DNA of 57,857 nucleotides, filler included, from Sluysia triapertura (GCA_046118255.1; 4 parts of 4 records of this genome joined end to end with filler, not necessarily neighbours in it); one strand, 5' to 3'. Counted from the first letter of the whole stretch, positions 25,331-40,146 are shown. Notes: generated by a model not told the origin, from the letters alone. Numbers and translations: made by a program.

Positions 25331-27143
25331 TTTTATGATAAATAGTGCCGAATTTAATTCAATATTTTTATTTTTCAAATATTTATATTACTTCATTGAT
25401 TGCAAGATATATGTTATTCGTGCAAAATTTACGTAAAAGGTGGAAAAAAAGTAAAAATATAAATCATTATAAACAATCAAATTGTCTGCTTTTGTATTAC
25501 TGCTGAAACATCACAGTCATGGAATAAGAAGTATTGGTGCTGGTTCGTTCTGTATACAAAGTAATAAATATGAGTAGAGAAGACAAAGATTAAATTGAGA
25601 AATGTAATCGAATAAGAATTAAAAACAGAAAAATAAGAAAATAAAGGCGGAAGACAGAAAAGACTAAAGTACGAATCAAGGGACAATTTAGCACACTGAT
25701 GTGCTAGTTCGTTTATATCGGCTTTAGGAAAAGCTAGATCTTTCAATAATACTTCAATATCTGGGTCCCACGATCACAACAAAAGTATCATGAGAAATGT
25801 GGCACTTGACTTAATCTTGAAGTTTATTCCGAATATTGGCGTACTGAAACTAACCACTAAGTTACCAAAACTGACGATTTTTTAAATTTTTACCACAACC
25901 ACAAGGTAAAAATTTCTAAACTTTGTTTATATATTATTTTGCTGTAAATTTCATTATTAAAATTTGTTCGTAAAATTCATCGTTTTGCTGATAAAATAAG
26001 TAATGTTTGTTAAAAGAAATCATTAAGATACAATTGATAAATGTTTCTACAATTATTCGTTTTATGATTTCTAATAACGTTTATAGGAATCGCTATTTTC
26101 GTGATATTAGAAAGTTATTTTTATTTGTAAAATCAATAATTTGTTTGCAGTAATATGGGTAGTTCGTTATACATTGATATATATAATTATTAATTATTTA
26201 ATTATTTAATTTATTAATAATTATTTATTTTATTGATAATGTTTCAAACTATAAAGATTTGATATTTGAATTAAGTTTTAACCTTCAAAATCGAGCTTCC
26301 ACATCTACTGTAAGAAACAAGTAGAAGTAACTACCAAAAAAAGTTATATTAGGTAACAAACACCAAAATTATTTTAATTGATATAACATAAATATTATTT
26401 CATAACGGAAATTAAAAAATTAATTCCTACATACCAGTAAAACAAAACATATAAAATGTGTGACATGTAGAACTTGTTTGCTAAAATTAAGATTTTTAGG
26501 TTTAATATACATTTGAAATATTAAATTAGTTTTAAAATTATAAAATAAGGTTTCGTTTCATAAACTATAATATTAATAATCTTAATAATCTTAACACTTA
26601 AAAATTAATGATAAACATTGATTAAATTAGTAACTTTGACTATAAACCTTACAACTTTAATACTTATTCAGCGATCATTTTAAATAAATTCAAAAATGTC
26701 ACTATTATCGTAAAATTTTTAATTCACAACCAGTTACGTTAAATAAAATTTTTAATTTTAAACCTTCGTTATTTTAAATTATTGTGATAGTGATTCAAAT
26801 ATTATAAATTATTTTTTAAATATATTCTAAACACATTAGCTTTGTATTTAAATCGTTAGAATACTTTCTCCAATGTTGTAAATGATCCACTATTTATCAA
26901 TTGGTTGTCATTAAATCTTAATTTCATTTAAATCATGGTTTTCATTTAATACTAAATTTACGATTCTTTTCTTTAAGACATTAACACTAGATTTCCCAAG
27001 GCAGTCGTTTTGACTGTTTTTTAATTTCAATTAGAAAAACAATTATGTATATAATGACACAATTTCTTAGAATTTGGTGACTTTTTCAACATGTACATAC
27101 GTTTATGAATAATTGTAGTTACTTCTGCCCTCCTTTACTTCCG

Positions 27144-27171
27144 TATATATATATATATATATATATATATA
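27144..27171. repeat. (TA)n microsatellite
   Basis: Dinucleotide run. Confidence 0.9.
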
Positions 27172-28163
27172 CTATTTTATATTTTATAAGGTATTGTTTT
27201 CATTTTTCAATAACAGTTTATTAAAATTGAAATCTATTGCTTATACTATAAGAGTATCACTTTATATAGTGGTTTAACCTACGTAATCAAAATATTTTAC
27301 ACAAATATTTCAATAAACATCAACAAAAATTCACACACAAAAATTCCAAACCTTTAACTATATTCATTAACACTTAAAGAGCTTAACATATAAACTCTTT
27401 TATTATAAAATATCATTAAATCAATAAATAATAATACTCTATGGATATTTAAAGACAATGAAAATAAAAGATATCAACATGAATCAGACAAAGAGAATCA
27501 TTCCCAATCTAAAATCACTTCAATACCCTCATATTCACATCATAATCAATTCTGCTTAAACAATATTCACGATAACGATTCAAATTTTAATAAAAATATC
27601 AACAGTAAACTATTTATGAATTCATTCCGAAACAAAACAACTTGGCAGACCATAATCAGCCAGTAATAAGTGTAGTCACCTAACTTCCACACGCGAGAAC
27701 ACCAATTAAACAAATTCGCAAGACTAGACGAACCAATAAGAAATCATAAAAACAGAACAAATTAACAGAAGATCACAAATCATTAAAGTAAAATAACGAG
27801 AAACATTTAGAGAATTTAACTCTATATTTTGATCATAAAACAAGTATTCACAACAATGATAATCCATAAACAATGATAAATCTTATAATTGTAAAGCTTT
27901 ATAGAATAATGGCTACCTTATAATAAGAGCCAGAAATAACAACAATTGATGCAATGATAGTTCTGACAATGACGAGAGTTTGAAGATTAAAGTTGAATAC
28001 AAATGTTGAAATACCGTGACAAATCTTTTATTGATCACACTTTAAAAGTACATTGTAGTATTCAGTTTATTCATAAATCTCTAACGCATACAACACATAC
28101 ATCCACTACACTTTACATCAATATATTACAACCTAAATAAATTATAACCTTTTAATTCGGATA

Positions 28164-28263
28164 NNNNNNNNNNNNNNNNNNNNNNNNNNNNNNNNNNNNN
28201 NNNNNNNTTAATTAATTAANNNNNNNNNNNNNNNNNNNNNNNNNNNNNNNNNNNNNNNNNNNN
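28164..28263. other. Artificial contig spacer N44-TTAATTAATTAA-N44
   Basis: Same 100-bp linker. Confidence 0.95.
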
Positions 28264-28559
28264 TAATTTTTATTAAAATAATAAATTTAATAAATTTTTA
28301 TAATAAATATATTTTTTAATATTATTATAAATTTTTCCAAAAATTAAAAAATCTAAAAAATTTTAAAAATATATATAAAAATTTATACATTCTTACAATA
28401 TTAATTTTGTAAATAATTTTGACGACTTATGTTGCAATCATATACATTTTCTAGGCATATTAAATGCTTGAGCATTTTTTAGGATTGTTTTTAATAAGTT
28501 TTAAAAGTGAAATCGAAATGAAAGTAAAAGAAGAATTCGATGTAGTTATGGCTAGTTAT

Positions 28560-28750
28560 GTGAATCCCATAGAAAATCTGTGAGTGATTGTCAAAAGGAG
28601 AGTTTCTACCCATAAACCAAACACCAGGATGGAACTTATTGAAACCCTGATAAAAGCATGGTGTCACAATGACGAGATCAACGACTTGTGCCCCAAGCTC
28701 ATCCGTGTCGTAAATTATTGAATAACAAAGGGTGCAAACAAAGTACTGAT
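28560..28750 (+). mobile_element. Tc1 transposase C-terminal relic
   Basis: VNPIENL*VIVKRRVSTHKPNTRMELIETLIKAW...CPKLI matches NPIENLW..lK...eL...l..aW. Confidence 0.8.
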
Positions 28751-31700
28751 ACAACAGTTTGTACATATTTGATTTGTAGTAAATTGTTTTATCATTCTAC
28801 ATGAATAAAATTTATGTATGTTTTCGATCTATTATTTTACTTTCACTAGAATTATTTTCCAACTTTTTACATTTTCTGTGACATTTGTCGGTAAATGGCA
28901 TGTATTTATAGTTCATAGTATTCTTGAAAAATAATTTGGTCACCACAAGGAAATAAAAAATATTCAAAGAATTAAACAATAAAATGAAGAACTCAGGGTT
29001 TTCCAAACCCTGCTGAGTTCTTCAAGAAAGATAGGATTATATGTCAATAATAATCAAAACAAAATAAAAATTTTATTTGCATGTTAAATGAATTTGTTGC
29101 TTAAGATGTGGTAAAATATGTAAATACGCATATCTAAATGATTATTAACAGTACGGGTATATTTCGCTATACTTAACTCGCAAGGTGCAATAAAATCCGT
29201 TGTAAAATTGTTCACATTTACCCCAGTAAAACTGTTTCTTCATCATTGTCACTGCTAATATCACTATGATCACTACTCTTTATCTAACTCTATTTCCCGC
29301 TGACTCTTTGATGGGGGAAATTCTCGAGAAACATAACGGTAACGACTGACTTCGAAAAATATAGAAATTTGAATGAAAGTAATGAAGCGACAAGACTAGT
29401 AAATTATTTATCCACAATTGTACTGTATACAACAGATGTAACCAAGCGCTAACATAAATAAAAAACGCATACTCAACATATATGCAGCGGGAATAAGCGT
29501 CATTAAAAGCAAGTAAATTGATGTGACCCGTACTTAAAGGGTTAAATATAATAAATTTTTGATAATAAAGTACTCGATAATAAATTTTGATAATGAAGTC
29601 TTTGCATAAATAAAATAATAATAAAATTCTGATTTTTGCATAGAGCATAATGCTATTTGATGCATAAACTAACACAAATTCAAGTAAAACTTCTAACATG
29701 ACAAATGTATTAAGTTAAATGATATAAAAGATCTCAATCTGTCAGTTAGAGTTATCACTAATGAAATCTAATCGAGTAATTTCACTAATCGCTCAGTTGG
29801 AATTAACTGTCTATTCGATTTAACCAAACAGTTTCTTGTCAGAGATCTGTCCACACAATGTTCCACATTCTGTAAGTATTATCAGTGATTTCGTAAGTTT
29901 TAATTAGATAAAGTTTGTCCTTATTTTCATGAGAAATAAAATCAACGTAATTTATCTTTCATTTTGGGCTAGTTTAATACTAGTCACAACGTCATTTTAG
30001 AACTATATAATAATATGATATTATAATATCTTTTTGAGTGTATATTGTACTGTACAGAAGTACTCTTCAGAAGTACTGTACAGAATCGCTAATTTCTGCA
30101 AAAAGTGAAAGTTTAGAATATAAAGAAGGCAAAATTACCAAAGAAAAAAATGTTTAAAGAGTCTCATCATGTAAATATTATGCAACAATATTTTCTTATG
30201 TAAGTCCAAATTTCATATCAGTCGATAGAGCTTGATTACTACATAAAACGTTTTTATAAAACTAATGTTTTAAAGCAAATATAAAACAAGTTATGAAAAT
30301 ATGTTAAAAGGTTAAAAAGTTTTAATTTATGTATTTTTTGTGTATTATATATTTTTATATATTCTTTCTGTCAGTGATATAGTAAATGAAAACATCAAGT
30401 TCAACATCGCGTTTTCATGGTTTTAACGTATCTATACACAAATTCTTTGGTAATAACAGTGGAACTATTCAAGAAAACATTTGGAAAAACGCTGTTAAAA
30501 GGTAAGTAAACTAATTATTCGTCATTTGCTAATTTAATTTAGAACCTACTATAAGAGAGTAGACATTTCTGGATAATCAAATAAGGTATTTGTTTAAAGA
30601 TTTATTCATTAGCGTCGCAGAAAGAGATGTTCATTGTGTTGACTCTTTTAACATAAAAGTGTTTCTGACATATGGACGTACTCCATTTCAAATTGTTAAT
30701 ATTATGAGTTCAATTTCAACATTTTCGTACGATGACAACAAAGGTAATCTGATAAGTATTCTTTTTACAATAGATATTCATTTTGAATTTTTATCATACT
30801 GTACAATAAATGTAGTAAATCTTTATTTTGGTTTTTATCTCTATTTAAAATTTGTTTTAGTTCTTAAGCCAGGTTTGGATATTAAGAGATATTTTCAAAT
30901 AATAGAAACTGACCAATCAATAATTCAGCAGGAAACACTTTAGCAAAAGTGATGTATTAACTAACAGTAATTGTGTTGGAAAAATTGACATAATAATGAT
31001 GATTATTATTATATGTCTTTAAATCTTTATTTTCCTCTTCTTTTATTCTGATAAAGTGTAAGATACAAGATGTATAAAGAATTATTTAATGATTTCTAAA
31101 TGTGTGATAAGAAGTGAATTTACTGAATTAAGTTGTAATATTGCTTTAACGATGTAGGAAATATAAATTAGTGATCTGTAGGATGAATTTGTCTAGTGTA
31201 AGTTATTGTTGATTGGACTGGAGTTTAGTTTTATTGAACAACTATGTAAAAAAACTTGATTGTCATGTTTGTGAGGTATAGAATGTATGCAAGGCTATTA
31301 AATGATCAAGATATATGTGCTTTAAATTGGGAATTTTGTTATATATGTTGTGATTTAAATATTAATAAGGTATTGATTATTATTGAAAACGCTTCTTCTG
31401 AATTAAGTTAGGATACTTTGAATAAGGCACGAATGCTACACTAATGGAAGGAAACAATGAAGAAATTAAGAAGTATAGAAAGGTCATATAACGTTTGTAG
31501 AGATAATATTGATTATATAAATGACAATGATGACAAATATAAACGAGATAAAAGTCCAAACTTTACAATAAATAAAGATAATTTTGATAATGATAATAGA
31601 TATATGAATAATTTCTCATACTATGACAATAATTGTAATAATAATCGAAATAATTTTTATGATAATCGAAATAGTACTAACAAGAGATTTTTCAAATAAT

Positions 31701-32431
31701 TATAGGGGTAATTTAAATAATAATAGAGGAAGTGGAGAATTCCAGAATAAATAATCAATAAGTCTACAAATAATTATGTATATATATAAATCTCATCTGT
31801 ATGTATAAATTACAAAAATACCAAAGGACATTTTTCAAAACTTGTTTTCGCAAAAGAAATCGAAAATTCAAGAAGTTTCGATAAGTTTCATTGATTTTGA
31901 TTGGCTGACAAACTGGCATAAGTTTGTTTGAGTTACACACAAATATTCAATCTCAATATTGTCATATCATCATTTAGTAAACATTTCTGTTTGGATTTTC
32001 ATCTTATTTTTCTTTAGAAGCAACAGTTTCATTGCCAAATAATAATATTCTACAATTAATTAAATTAATTCAACTAGAACATTTTTGTTTACCATGCTTT
32101 TGATAAGTTGTTTCTATTAATTGAATTTTGATCCTTGTAAAATATTTATTAAATCCTTAATTTTCTTTTGGTATTACTTCTATTTTTTGTATCTTGATTA
32201 GTCATTTAAGGACCAGTATAACTGATTGTACTAATTTAGTAATTTAGTAAGAAGTTTTAAAGATTCTAACTATCGAATTTGTACTTAAGAAATAGTGGAA
32301 ATATAAAAGAATAAGGCGGTTTTATATTGATTAAATTCAAGTTTTAGTTACATCGTTAAAAGTTAAGAAAACAATAGCATAAATATAATCAACAATTGAA
32401 TAATTATAAATGAAACTATTTCAAATGATAA

Positions 32432-32433
<2 letters not shown>

Positions 32434-32506
<73 letters not shown>
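32434..32506. repeat. (TAT)n microsatellite
   Basis: Perfect run. Confidence 0.95.
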
Positions 32507-34939
32507 GATTCGTTAAGATTAAAAGTACACAGTTATTATAACCAAATAAAATAATCATTTTAGAACTACAGTATCACTTTTATTAACGAATGAGAGATTG
32601 TTTACACAGATATTTCGACATTAATAACTTCATTAAATATAAGTCTAAAGTAGTAATGAAACATTAAGAAGACATTGGATACATTAAAATATCAAGTAAA
32701 ATGCATTCTAAAATAACAAAGGCTCTTAAATTCAAATTAATAATGTAAATATAAATTGAAAATATATTTATTACACATTAATAAAGTAGTTAAATTTTGT
32801 AAATCTAGTTTTTGTTTACAATTTCATATTATTGATTTTCTTTCACTTATTAAAATTAAATAAACTCTAAGTAGAATAGTTAATCAATTAATTTGTAATA
32901 TTTATAAATTAATTTATGTTAGATTATCTGGAAAAGATACCTTACACGAACTACCAGTGATAAACCTATCTATTGCATAACTGTTACACGTTTTTCTCAG
33001 TAACATGTTTCTGCAACATTTTAAAGAGTTGCAGAAAATCACTTATATTTAAATATTAAAATATAATAAGATTAGTTATTGACTTAGATAGTTGTATATA
33101 TTACTTGAATCTTTTTGTTATAAGTTATAATTATTTGACTTAAAACATTAATTTATTTTTATTATATCATTTATTATATATATCGATTTTTTAAGAATAA
33201 ATAAATCCTGCAGACAAGCCTACATTCAGTTATAAGACTTGGATTACAGACGATTGAGGTAACATAAAATCCATTACGACCAAGTTAAACTTGGTTTTCC
33301 CAAATAAGTATAAAGAGCACATGATACACAAATAATTGCAGAAATTTCATAGTAACGATCAATAGCAGTGCTGGAATAATTCATTGAAGTCTAATTTAAC
33401 ACAATAAATTTGTTTAACAGAAAAATAATCACTTTTCATCTATTTTAACAAAAGACTATTGCTATTGTAAAGTATAGCAATACAGATAAATCATGAATAC
33501 AGATAAGATTTGATCATTTTTGAATTAAAACTTAAACTTAAGTAATATTTAATCAAATAATAAATATTTTATTACTACAAATTTTCTATTATGTATATAG
33601 TTAAGGGAATGAATTAATAGAATGGTTAGTTATTCATATTAGTAGAATTTTATTCAAATTTATTGGAATATATTAATAAATTTAATTACGTATTAGTAAA
33701 ATTATTGTTAAGTATATATTAGTAAGTATTGGTAAAATTTATTAATATAATGTATATTAATTATTATTGTAAATTGTTATATAAATATTACAAAAGTTAT
33801 AAAAGATTCAATCAAGACACCAACGAACGAATTATCCGAAACCAATCGACAAAACTTAGAAGGACTGTATTATTTTGGAAAAGAAATAACTGAATTATTT
33901 TCGAGTAACATTAGTGAGACGACGTGCAATCCCATTAATAAGATAATTTTGTTAATTCATTCCTGAAGTAACATTTAATTTGATGATAATAAAAAACGAT
34001 AATTTTATTTTAATTTTGCCTTTTTATTCTTAAATAGTTGAATAAATTATTATAAACAGGGTTGTTAAAATAAATTAAGTTAATACTTTCAATAAACTAA
34101 ACTATAAGATAAAATTAAATCTCCATAATAATAGAATATAAACTCGAAGTAATTAGAAAAATTCTTATGAAATTAATAAAATCACTCCCATCTCGGACAT
34201 TCGAGACGAGTATACAAATTCATACCTCTAGACGGAGCATTATGTAACATAACTAATTAATATAATGCTTGAGACTCAAAAATTCGCATAACACAAATTT
34301 TGAATCTAACGCAACTACAAGAATATATTCTACTCGAAGAAATCAAAATATTATCAAAAAGGAAATTTACATTAGTAACCGAGGAAATATTCAAGTTTTA
34401 GTAATTTTAAGTGCATTAAAACAAAACAAAATAAAAAATACAAGAATAAAATTTCATACTATTTTAAATTTTACACTATCTTAACAAAAATGGTGCATAT
34501 TTTTCGTAAGTTTAAAGGCGGCACAAAATCCAATTAAATTTATGTGTAAAATTTATTCAACAGCTTTTTAAAATCAAACTAAATTCATTTAGATACTATC
34601 TGAAAGAAAGATAAACTTTTAAATACATCATATAATTTATTGTATTTAAATCTTTCGTATTCTGTGATTAAAATATTAATCGATTGTCTCAACCTCGTTA
34701 ATTTTGAAGCATTTATTGAACCATACTGATTGATTAAAAGGCGATAAGTCTAAAAAGCGTGAAAAACTATGGTTTGAACATCGAATCAAGTTTTATTTTT
34801 GGTTTAATTTTTAAAATTGTTTTTCTTTTCATTAAGGAAGTCCCGGATATTTTTTAGAAATACGAAAATGGGAAAACCAAAATGAATATTTGATCGAGAC
34901 ATAATAATCTATACAGAATCCACAGTGATAAGAAGCTAG

Positions 34940-35103
34940 ATGATAAGTTGTATATCGTTTATGTCTCAATAATATACAACCAGTTACCCAAAATGTCACA
35001 TTATTGGAAGATTACTTAAGAAAAATGCATTATGGTGAATGATTTACCTTAAGCGCTTTTGAGTACTTACGCAGTAGATATGAGCGCAATATAAATTAAT
35101 TTA

Positions 35104-35160
<57 letters not shown>
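34940..35160 (+). mobile_element. 3' end of a CR1/L2-like LINE (family B) with stem-loop and (TAT)n tail
   Basis: Reads IYNQLP as at ~7005. gcgct(35053)...agcgc(35083) encloses tact/agta; followed by (TAT)n. Confidence 0.7.
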
Positions 35161-35164
<4 letters not shown>

Positions 35165-35184
35165 TCAATGTTAAGTAAACTAAC

Positions 35185-36841
35185 ATGAAAGAAATAATAT
35201 TTGAGTTCTGGACGAAAATTATTAAATGAATTTTGTAAATCTTCTTTTAAAGAAATTGCAGAATCATTTAATATAATTTCCAAATCCGATTCTTTTAATT
35301 CGATCCATTTATTTGCCAATTCTTCGGACTTGTTCGAATAATCGCGATTCAAACTGATAAAAAAATCAATAAGTTTTTGTATTTAACTAAACAAATAGAT
35401 ATAAATTTTTCCACTAAATTTATTGGTTTATTTAATAGTAGTTTCTACTCTTAGGAGTATTTCTGAACTTGTTATTACTACATCACTAATCCATTTAATT
35501 TTACTTAGTTTCCCTTCACTATGTTAACCTAATTAACGAGAAATAAAAGACACTTTTCCTAAATCGTTAAGTACTTTTTCTATCATTAGGATAAATATGA
35601 TATAAATTTTCCAAATTCTTAATCATTAATGAAAAATTAATGCAATAGTTTCAGTACGTAAATATAAATTTGTCTTTGTAATTGTAAAAGAAAATTTAAG
35701 TTTGATAAAATAATCTCTATTTTGAAAAGTTACAAAAGTATAACAAATTGATATTTAAAGTGATTATAGATTATTATAAATAAATACAAATATTAAAACA
35801 GACTTTAGTTCAACAGGAATAGTCCATCTTCCATAAAACCATTCTTTCCAGTTGATTGATTCAAGTATTGACCTATCAACACCTTCGTTATTAATCATAT
35901 AATCAAATAGAAAATCTTTCCATTCAGATGAAGTTAAAGCTTTATATTTAAAATTGTTTAAATATGTTTTAAGCCATCTCAGCATTTTGTCTATAATAAT
36001 TAAGTAAAATATTATCATAATAGTACAATTCTTTCGAACAAAGATACTTATAATAAATTTTACATATTTTTTATACATTAATATTATTTAATACTTGAAG
36101 AATTTCATAATAAAAAATTACATAAATTTTTAAAATATGTTAAGGTATTTATATGTCATGGTGACAAAAAATTACACGACACAATATACATACATCTTTC
36201 TCAAATTTTCAGACATAACTTCGATCAACTTCAAGTTCTTAGCTTTTTCGATTCTTCTGACACATCTTGACCAAACTTGGCACACAAGTAGAGTATCAAA
36301 AACTGTGAAAAGTGATACCTTTCATTTTTCCGTAAACTTAACTTTATCTGAGTTACAGCCCCAAAAATTTCAAAAAAATTAATATTTGAATAGTTAAGAA
36401 TATTTTCAAATGGATTTCAAATTTGAATTCAGCATAAAATATCTTTCGATAGACGTGTAACTTCATATTTGACTCCGCCCGCATACACCGACAATGTATT
36501 GAAAGCCTTTTTGTAAAAATAGATCAACTTATATGTCTATCGAAAAATTTTTTTATGCTGAATCTAAAAAAAATTATTAAAATAAAAATATTTAATATTA
36601 AATTAATATTTCTACAAAATAAAAATAAATGATTAAAAAGGTTTTTTAATATTCACACTGATATTCATACCACAAATTTGTTCTAATATTCACACTAACC
36701 TTTACCACAAATTTGTTCTAAATAGAACAATAAAGCAGATCCTTTTTCATAAGGTACTCTTGAAAATGCATCATCAGGATCACAATCTGTGATGTCTGGA
36801 ATAAGCTGATTGAAATTATGATCCACACCAAATACGTTCAA
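35185..36841 (-). CDS. LTA4H: Leukotriene A4 hydrolase / M1 aminopeptidase, three C-terminal-half exons (36700-36841, 35804-35990, 35185-35353)
   Basis: GT-AG bounded, phase-compatible exons: [47 protein letters not shown] / [31 protein letters not shown]...INWKEWFY / [16 protein letters not shown]. These match the LTA4H DPDxAxSxVPYEKG..LLFYLEQ and WKDFL motifs. Confidence 0.92.
36150..36570. mobile_element. MITE-like non-autonomous element in an LTA4H intron
   Basis: Imperfect inverted repeat attcagcataaaatatctttcgatagac (36427-36454) / gtctatcgaaaa...tatgctgaat (36535-36563); no recognisable coding content. Confidence 0.55.
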
Positions 36842-39800
36842 CTGAAAATATCATAAATATCATATACACTATTCATAGAACAAATTTTGAATGTTGATAC
36901 ATGCTATTTCTATTGTTGTCTAACATAAAATATTGTTACATAACTTATGAAAATATAATCACTTAAATAAACATTATTCGTTACATTTAGGATCTAAAAT
37001 TCGGTACAAATGCTTTTACTTTGAATATTAATTTTTCAGACATTCTTCAATTTATGGCACTTTAAACTTTTACTAAGACCTTATAAGTACTTCAGAGCAT
37101 CGAAAATGAGTATGAACATTAATTGGTTTTATGATTACCAAAACGTCTTTTAGTAACTTTCGAATACTTTGTCGTAAATTAGAATTCAAACAAAACTAAA
37201 AGCTAAATGTTTTTAATGTCCACATTGATTCATTTTTAATTAAAAAATTATTGTTTAAAAATCTATTTATAAATATTGATTTCTTTACAATTATTAACGA
37301 AGGTTATTTACAACATAGTCTTGCTGGTAGACGATAAGAAAATTGCAGAAACTCTCGATTAAAACCCGTATCCATTCGATTAAGACTAAAAAAATCAATT
37401 TTAAATGTGTTGGAAGAAAACGACGATATTGTTTGCTAGTTTCTTATAACACAGCTTCAGGATACAATACGATATTTTCTAAAAAAATATATCTACCGTG
37501 TTGTAGGAGAAATGCCTGCATTTGTATAGTTATTATTAATATTTATTTTTAAATTTACAATATTAAATTATTGATTAAATTATTAATATAAAATTATTAG
37601 TTTAAATCAATTTAGATACTTTGAAGTTAAATTACACTTTTATTTTGATGTACTTCAAATAAAAATTATCAAAATTGAACACTCTTGGAACTAGATTTGT
37701 CACTTCCAAACCCATAATTATTGATTATTTATGCTATTAAATAAAAAATATTAATCCTTCCAATACTTAATCTCAGTTTATCAAACCATTTTGCAGTTTT
37801 TTTACTGATAAATGAAAATGTCAACAAACCATAGCTATTAAAAGTTATTATTGGAAAGAAGATCGGCTTCTCTGAATTATACTGCAATTTACAAAGAGAA
37901 ATTTTAATTGTAAGGCCTCATTGTTCTGAAATAATTTCACCTTAAAAAGAAATTTAATCATTAAATTAATTATTACGTACGACTTTCATAACAAATGAAT
38001 ATATAAATTGATTATCAATATAAAATTTGAAATATAAACAATGTTTTGGTAATAATCAATTTTAAACTAATTCTAAATCATACAACGTGTGTTTATAAAG
38101 AAATGCAGATAACAATTGATACATGAAAATCGGAATAAATAAATAAATAAATCATCAAGAATAAAATTTCAAAGCAAATATTCATAAAGCAATTATACAT
38201 GTGTTGTGCTATTTGGTATTCTGCTATTTTTAGCTGTTAATTAAAAATAACGTTAGCAGACAGCTATCACAATCGCGAAATAGCAGCTATTAAATAACAG
38301 AAGTGAAATATTAACCGACATAATATTGCATTTTTGATATGAAGAATTAAATTTTAATTTTGTTAATTTTTCTTTATTTTTGCTAAAGAATTAGAACTGT
38401 TTTGTTTTCATATTTAATTTATAAGAAACAGAAAAATACATTTTATTATTAAAAATGTGTTTATTTTATTTATGAAGTTTTTTTATAGTGGCGTTATGAT
38501 TTTTTATTAAGTTGGGGGCGCCAAAAAATAAATATGTTGAAATAGGGGTACGCCTGAATTAATTTCTACATAATCATTTAGTGAAAATACGTTGTTCAGT
38601 AAGTACTATCTAAAATATAATATAGCCAATTAGTATAAAATATAATATAGCTAAAATAGTATGAATATAGATGAATATTCAAAGTTTAGAAGAATTTGTT
38701 GCAGATAATAATCAAAATTATAAGATAATACTTGGTCAATATTAAAGAACACCAATGAATCGCTTATATTCGATTAGTTTTTAAGGTTTTCTTTTATTAA
38801 CAAGTAATTCACTAAAGTTTAAATGCGCAAAACATAAAAGCTAAAATTTCTACATTTTTACAACTATCTCTAAGTAAATCTAAGATGTATCAATAAATAT
38901 TTGCTAATTTTGTATCTATTTTATATAGTTAACAAAAGTTATCCTATTAAATCTAGTTTTATTTTGGTATTTTCGAAAGTTATATCAGTACAAATAGAAA
39001 CCCCACATTATAAAGAAACATATAAACATATATCCATTTCTAAAATAAAACTATTTCCATTCATAAGATAGAATTTTAATCAAATGCAACTTAAATCCAT
39101 CTAAAGCAAAAGTATGATATATTCAGTCATATCTCGATTTAATAACCAACTTTATATATTACAACCAATCAATATTTTTTATTATTGCCATAAAATAAAA
39201 TTAAATAATATTAAGATTAATATAATTAAAACAATAATAAATTGTAAATATATTATCTATTTTTACACTAAATATATTAGTTTATATAACTATATTAGTT
39301 TATATAACTATAAATATAAAAGTACAAATACAAATTAACTATGATGATTGCTAGTACTTGCAATAATAGTGTTTATAAATTACGTAATTTTATAATAATA
39401 TATTAAATTTTGTTTTTTAGTAAAATAACTTAAGTAATTACTTTGATAATTTCTTTAAAACTTTATTTATTGCCATTTTTCTTTGAATGTCATAAAATAA
39501 GTGAAACGAAAGATATGACGATATATTTATTGTAAAATAAATACAAAATAAAAATAATAAATAATTATTATTCTGAATAGGCTAAAAAGTGATAATTATT
39601 ACATACTACCGCTATATAAAGCATATAAGTTTAACTAACTAAATTTAATGTCATAATAAGCATCACAACATCAATTTTATCTCTAGTGCGGTCCTCTTAT
39701 TTTATGAATTGTTGAGTTTTACTCATTCTATAATAATGATAATAATAATCTAGGGAATTTGTATTATTGATTCATAATTAGTTTGATATATTTCAAAAGT

Positions 39801-39932
39801 AAATCTAAAAACACGAATTAGTTTTGTAGTAATTGTATTAATTTAGCTTGTCAACCGCGTTTTATATTAATTATTACTGTTTTTAAATTTAATGTTATCT
39901 AGTTATATTTTATTATAAATTTTTTGTTCCAG

Positions 39933-40090
39933 AGCCAAAGAAAAACGGATGAAGAAGGATGCTTCTAGAGGTTGCTGGAATACATCATATTTTCAAAATG
40001 GAAATTCAGAATGTAAAGTGTCTTTGAAAGGAGATAGTGATGAACAATCGGATGATCAAACAAATGAACCTATAGATATTTCATATCAAA
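39933..40090 (+). CDS. Lhx3/4: LIM-homeobox Lhx3/4 (Lim3) exon covering the homeodomain C-terminus
   Basis: ttccag acceptor and GTAAGT donor. Reads (R)AKEKRMKKDASRGCWNTSYFQN, versus Lhx3/4 RAKEKRLKKDAGRQRWGQYF. Confidence 0.8.
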
Positions 40091-40105
40091 GTAAGTTACT
40101 ATCAC

Positions 40106-40107
<2 letters not shown>

Positions 40108-40145
<38 letters not shown>
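40108..40145. repeat. (TTA)n microsatellite
   Basis: Intronic run; source of the spurious poly-Leu in ORF 39949..40161. Confidence 0.95.

Positions 40146-40146
<1 letters not shown>

Noticed and set aside
30375-30900. Short GT-AG bounded segments suggesting a small-intron gene
   Set aside because: No recognisable product and no stop-free spliced model could be established.
33008-33037. 10-bp hairpin tttctgcaac/gttgcagaaa
   Set aside because: Short and isolated; no Helitron CTRR end or other support.
33200-33395. GPCR-like STAIDRYYEI (DRY motif) on the minus strand
   Set aside because: One short motif followed by a stop; no other transmembrane signatures found.
34190-34245. tRNA-Pro-like gtctagaggtatga on the minus strand
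   Set aside because: No B-box or cloverleaf.
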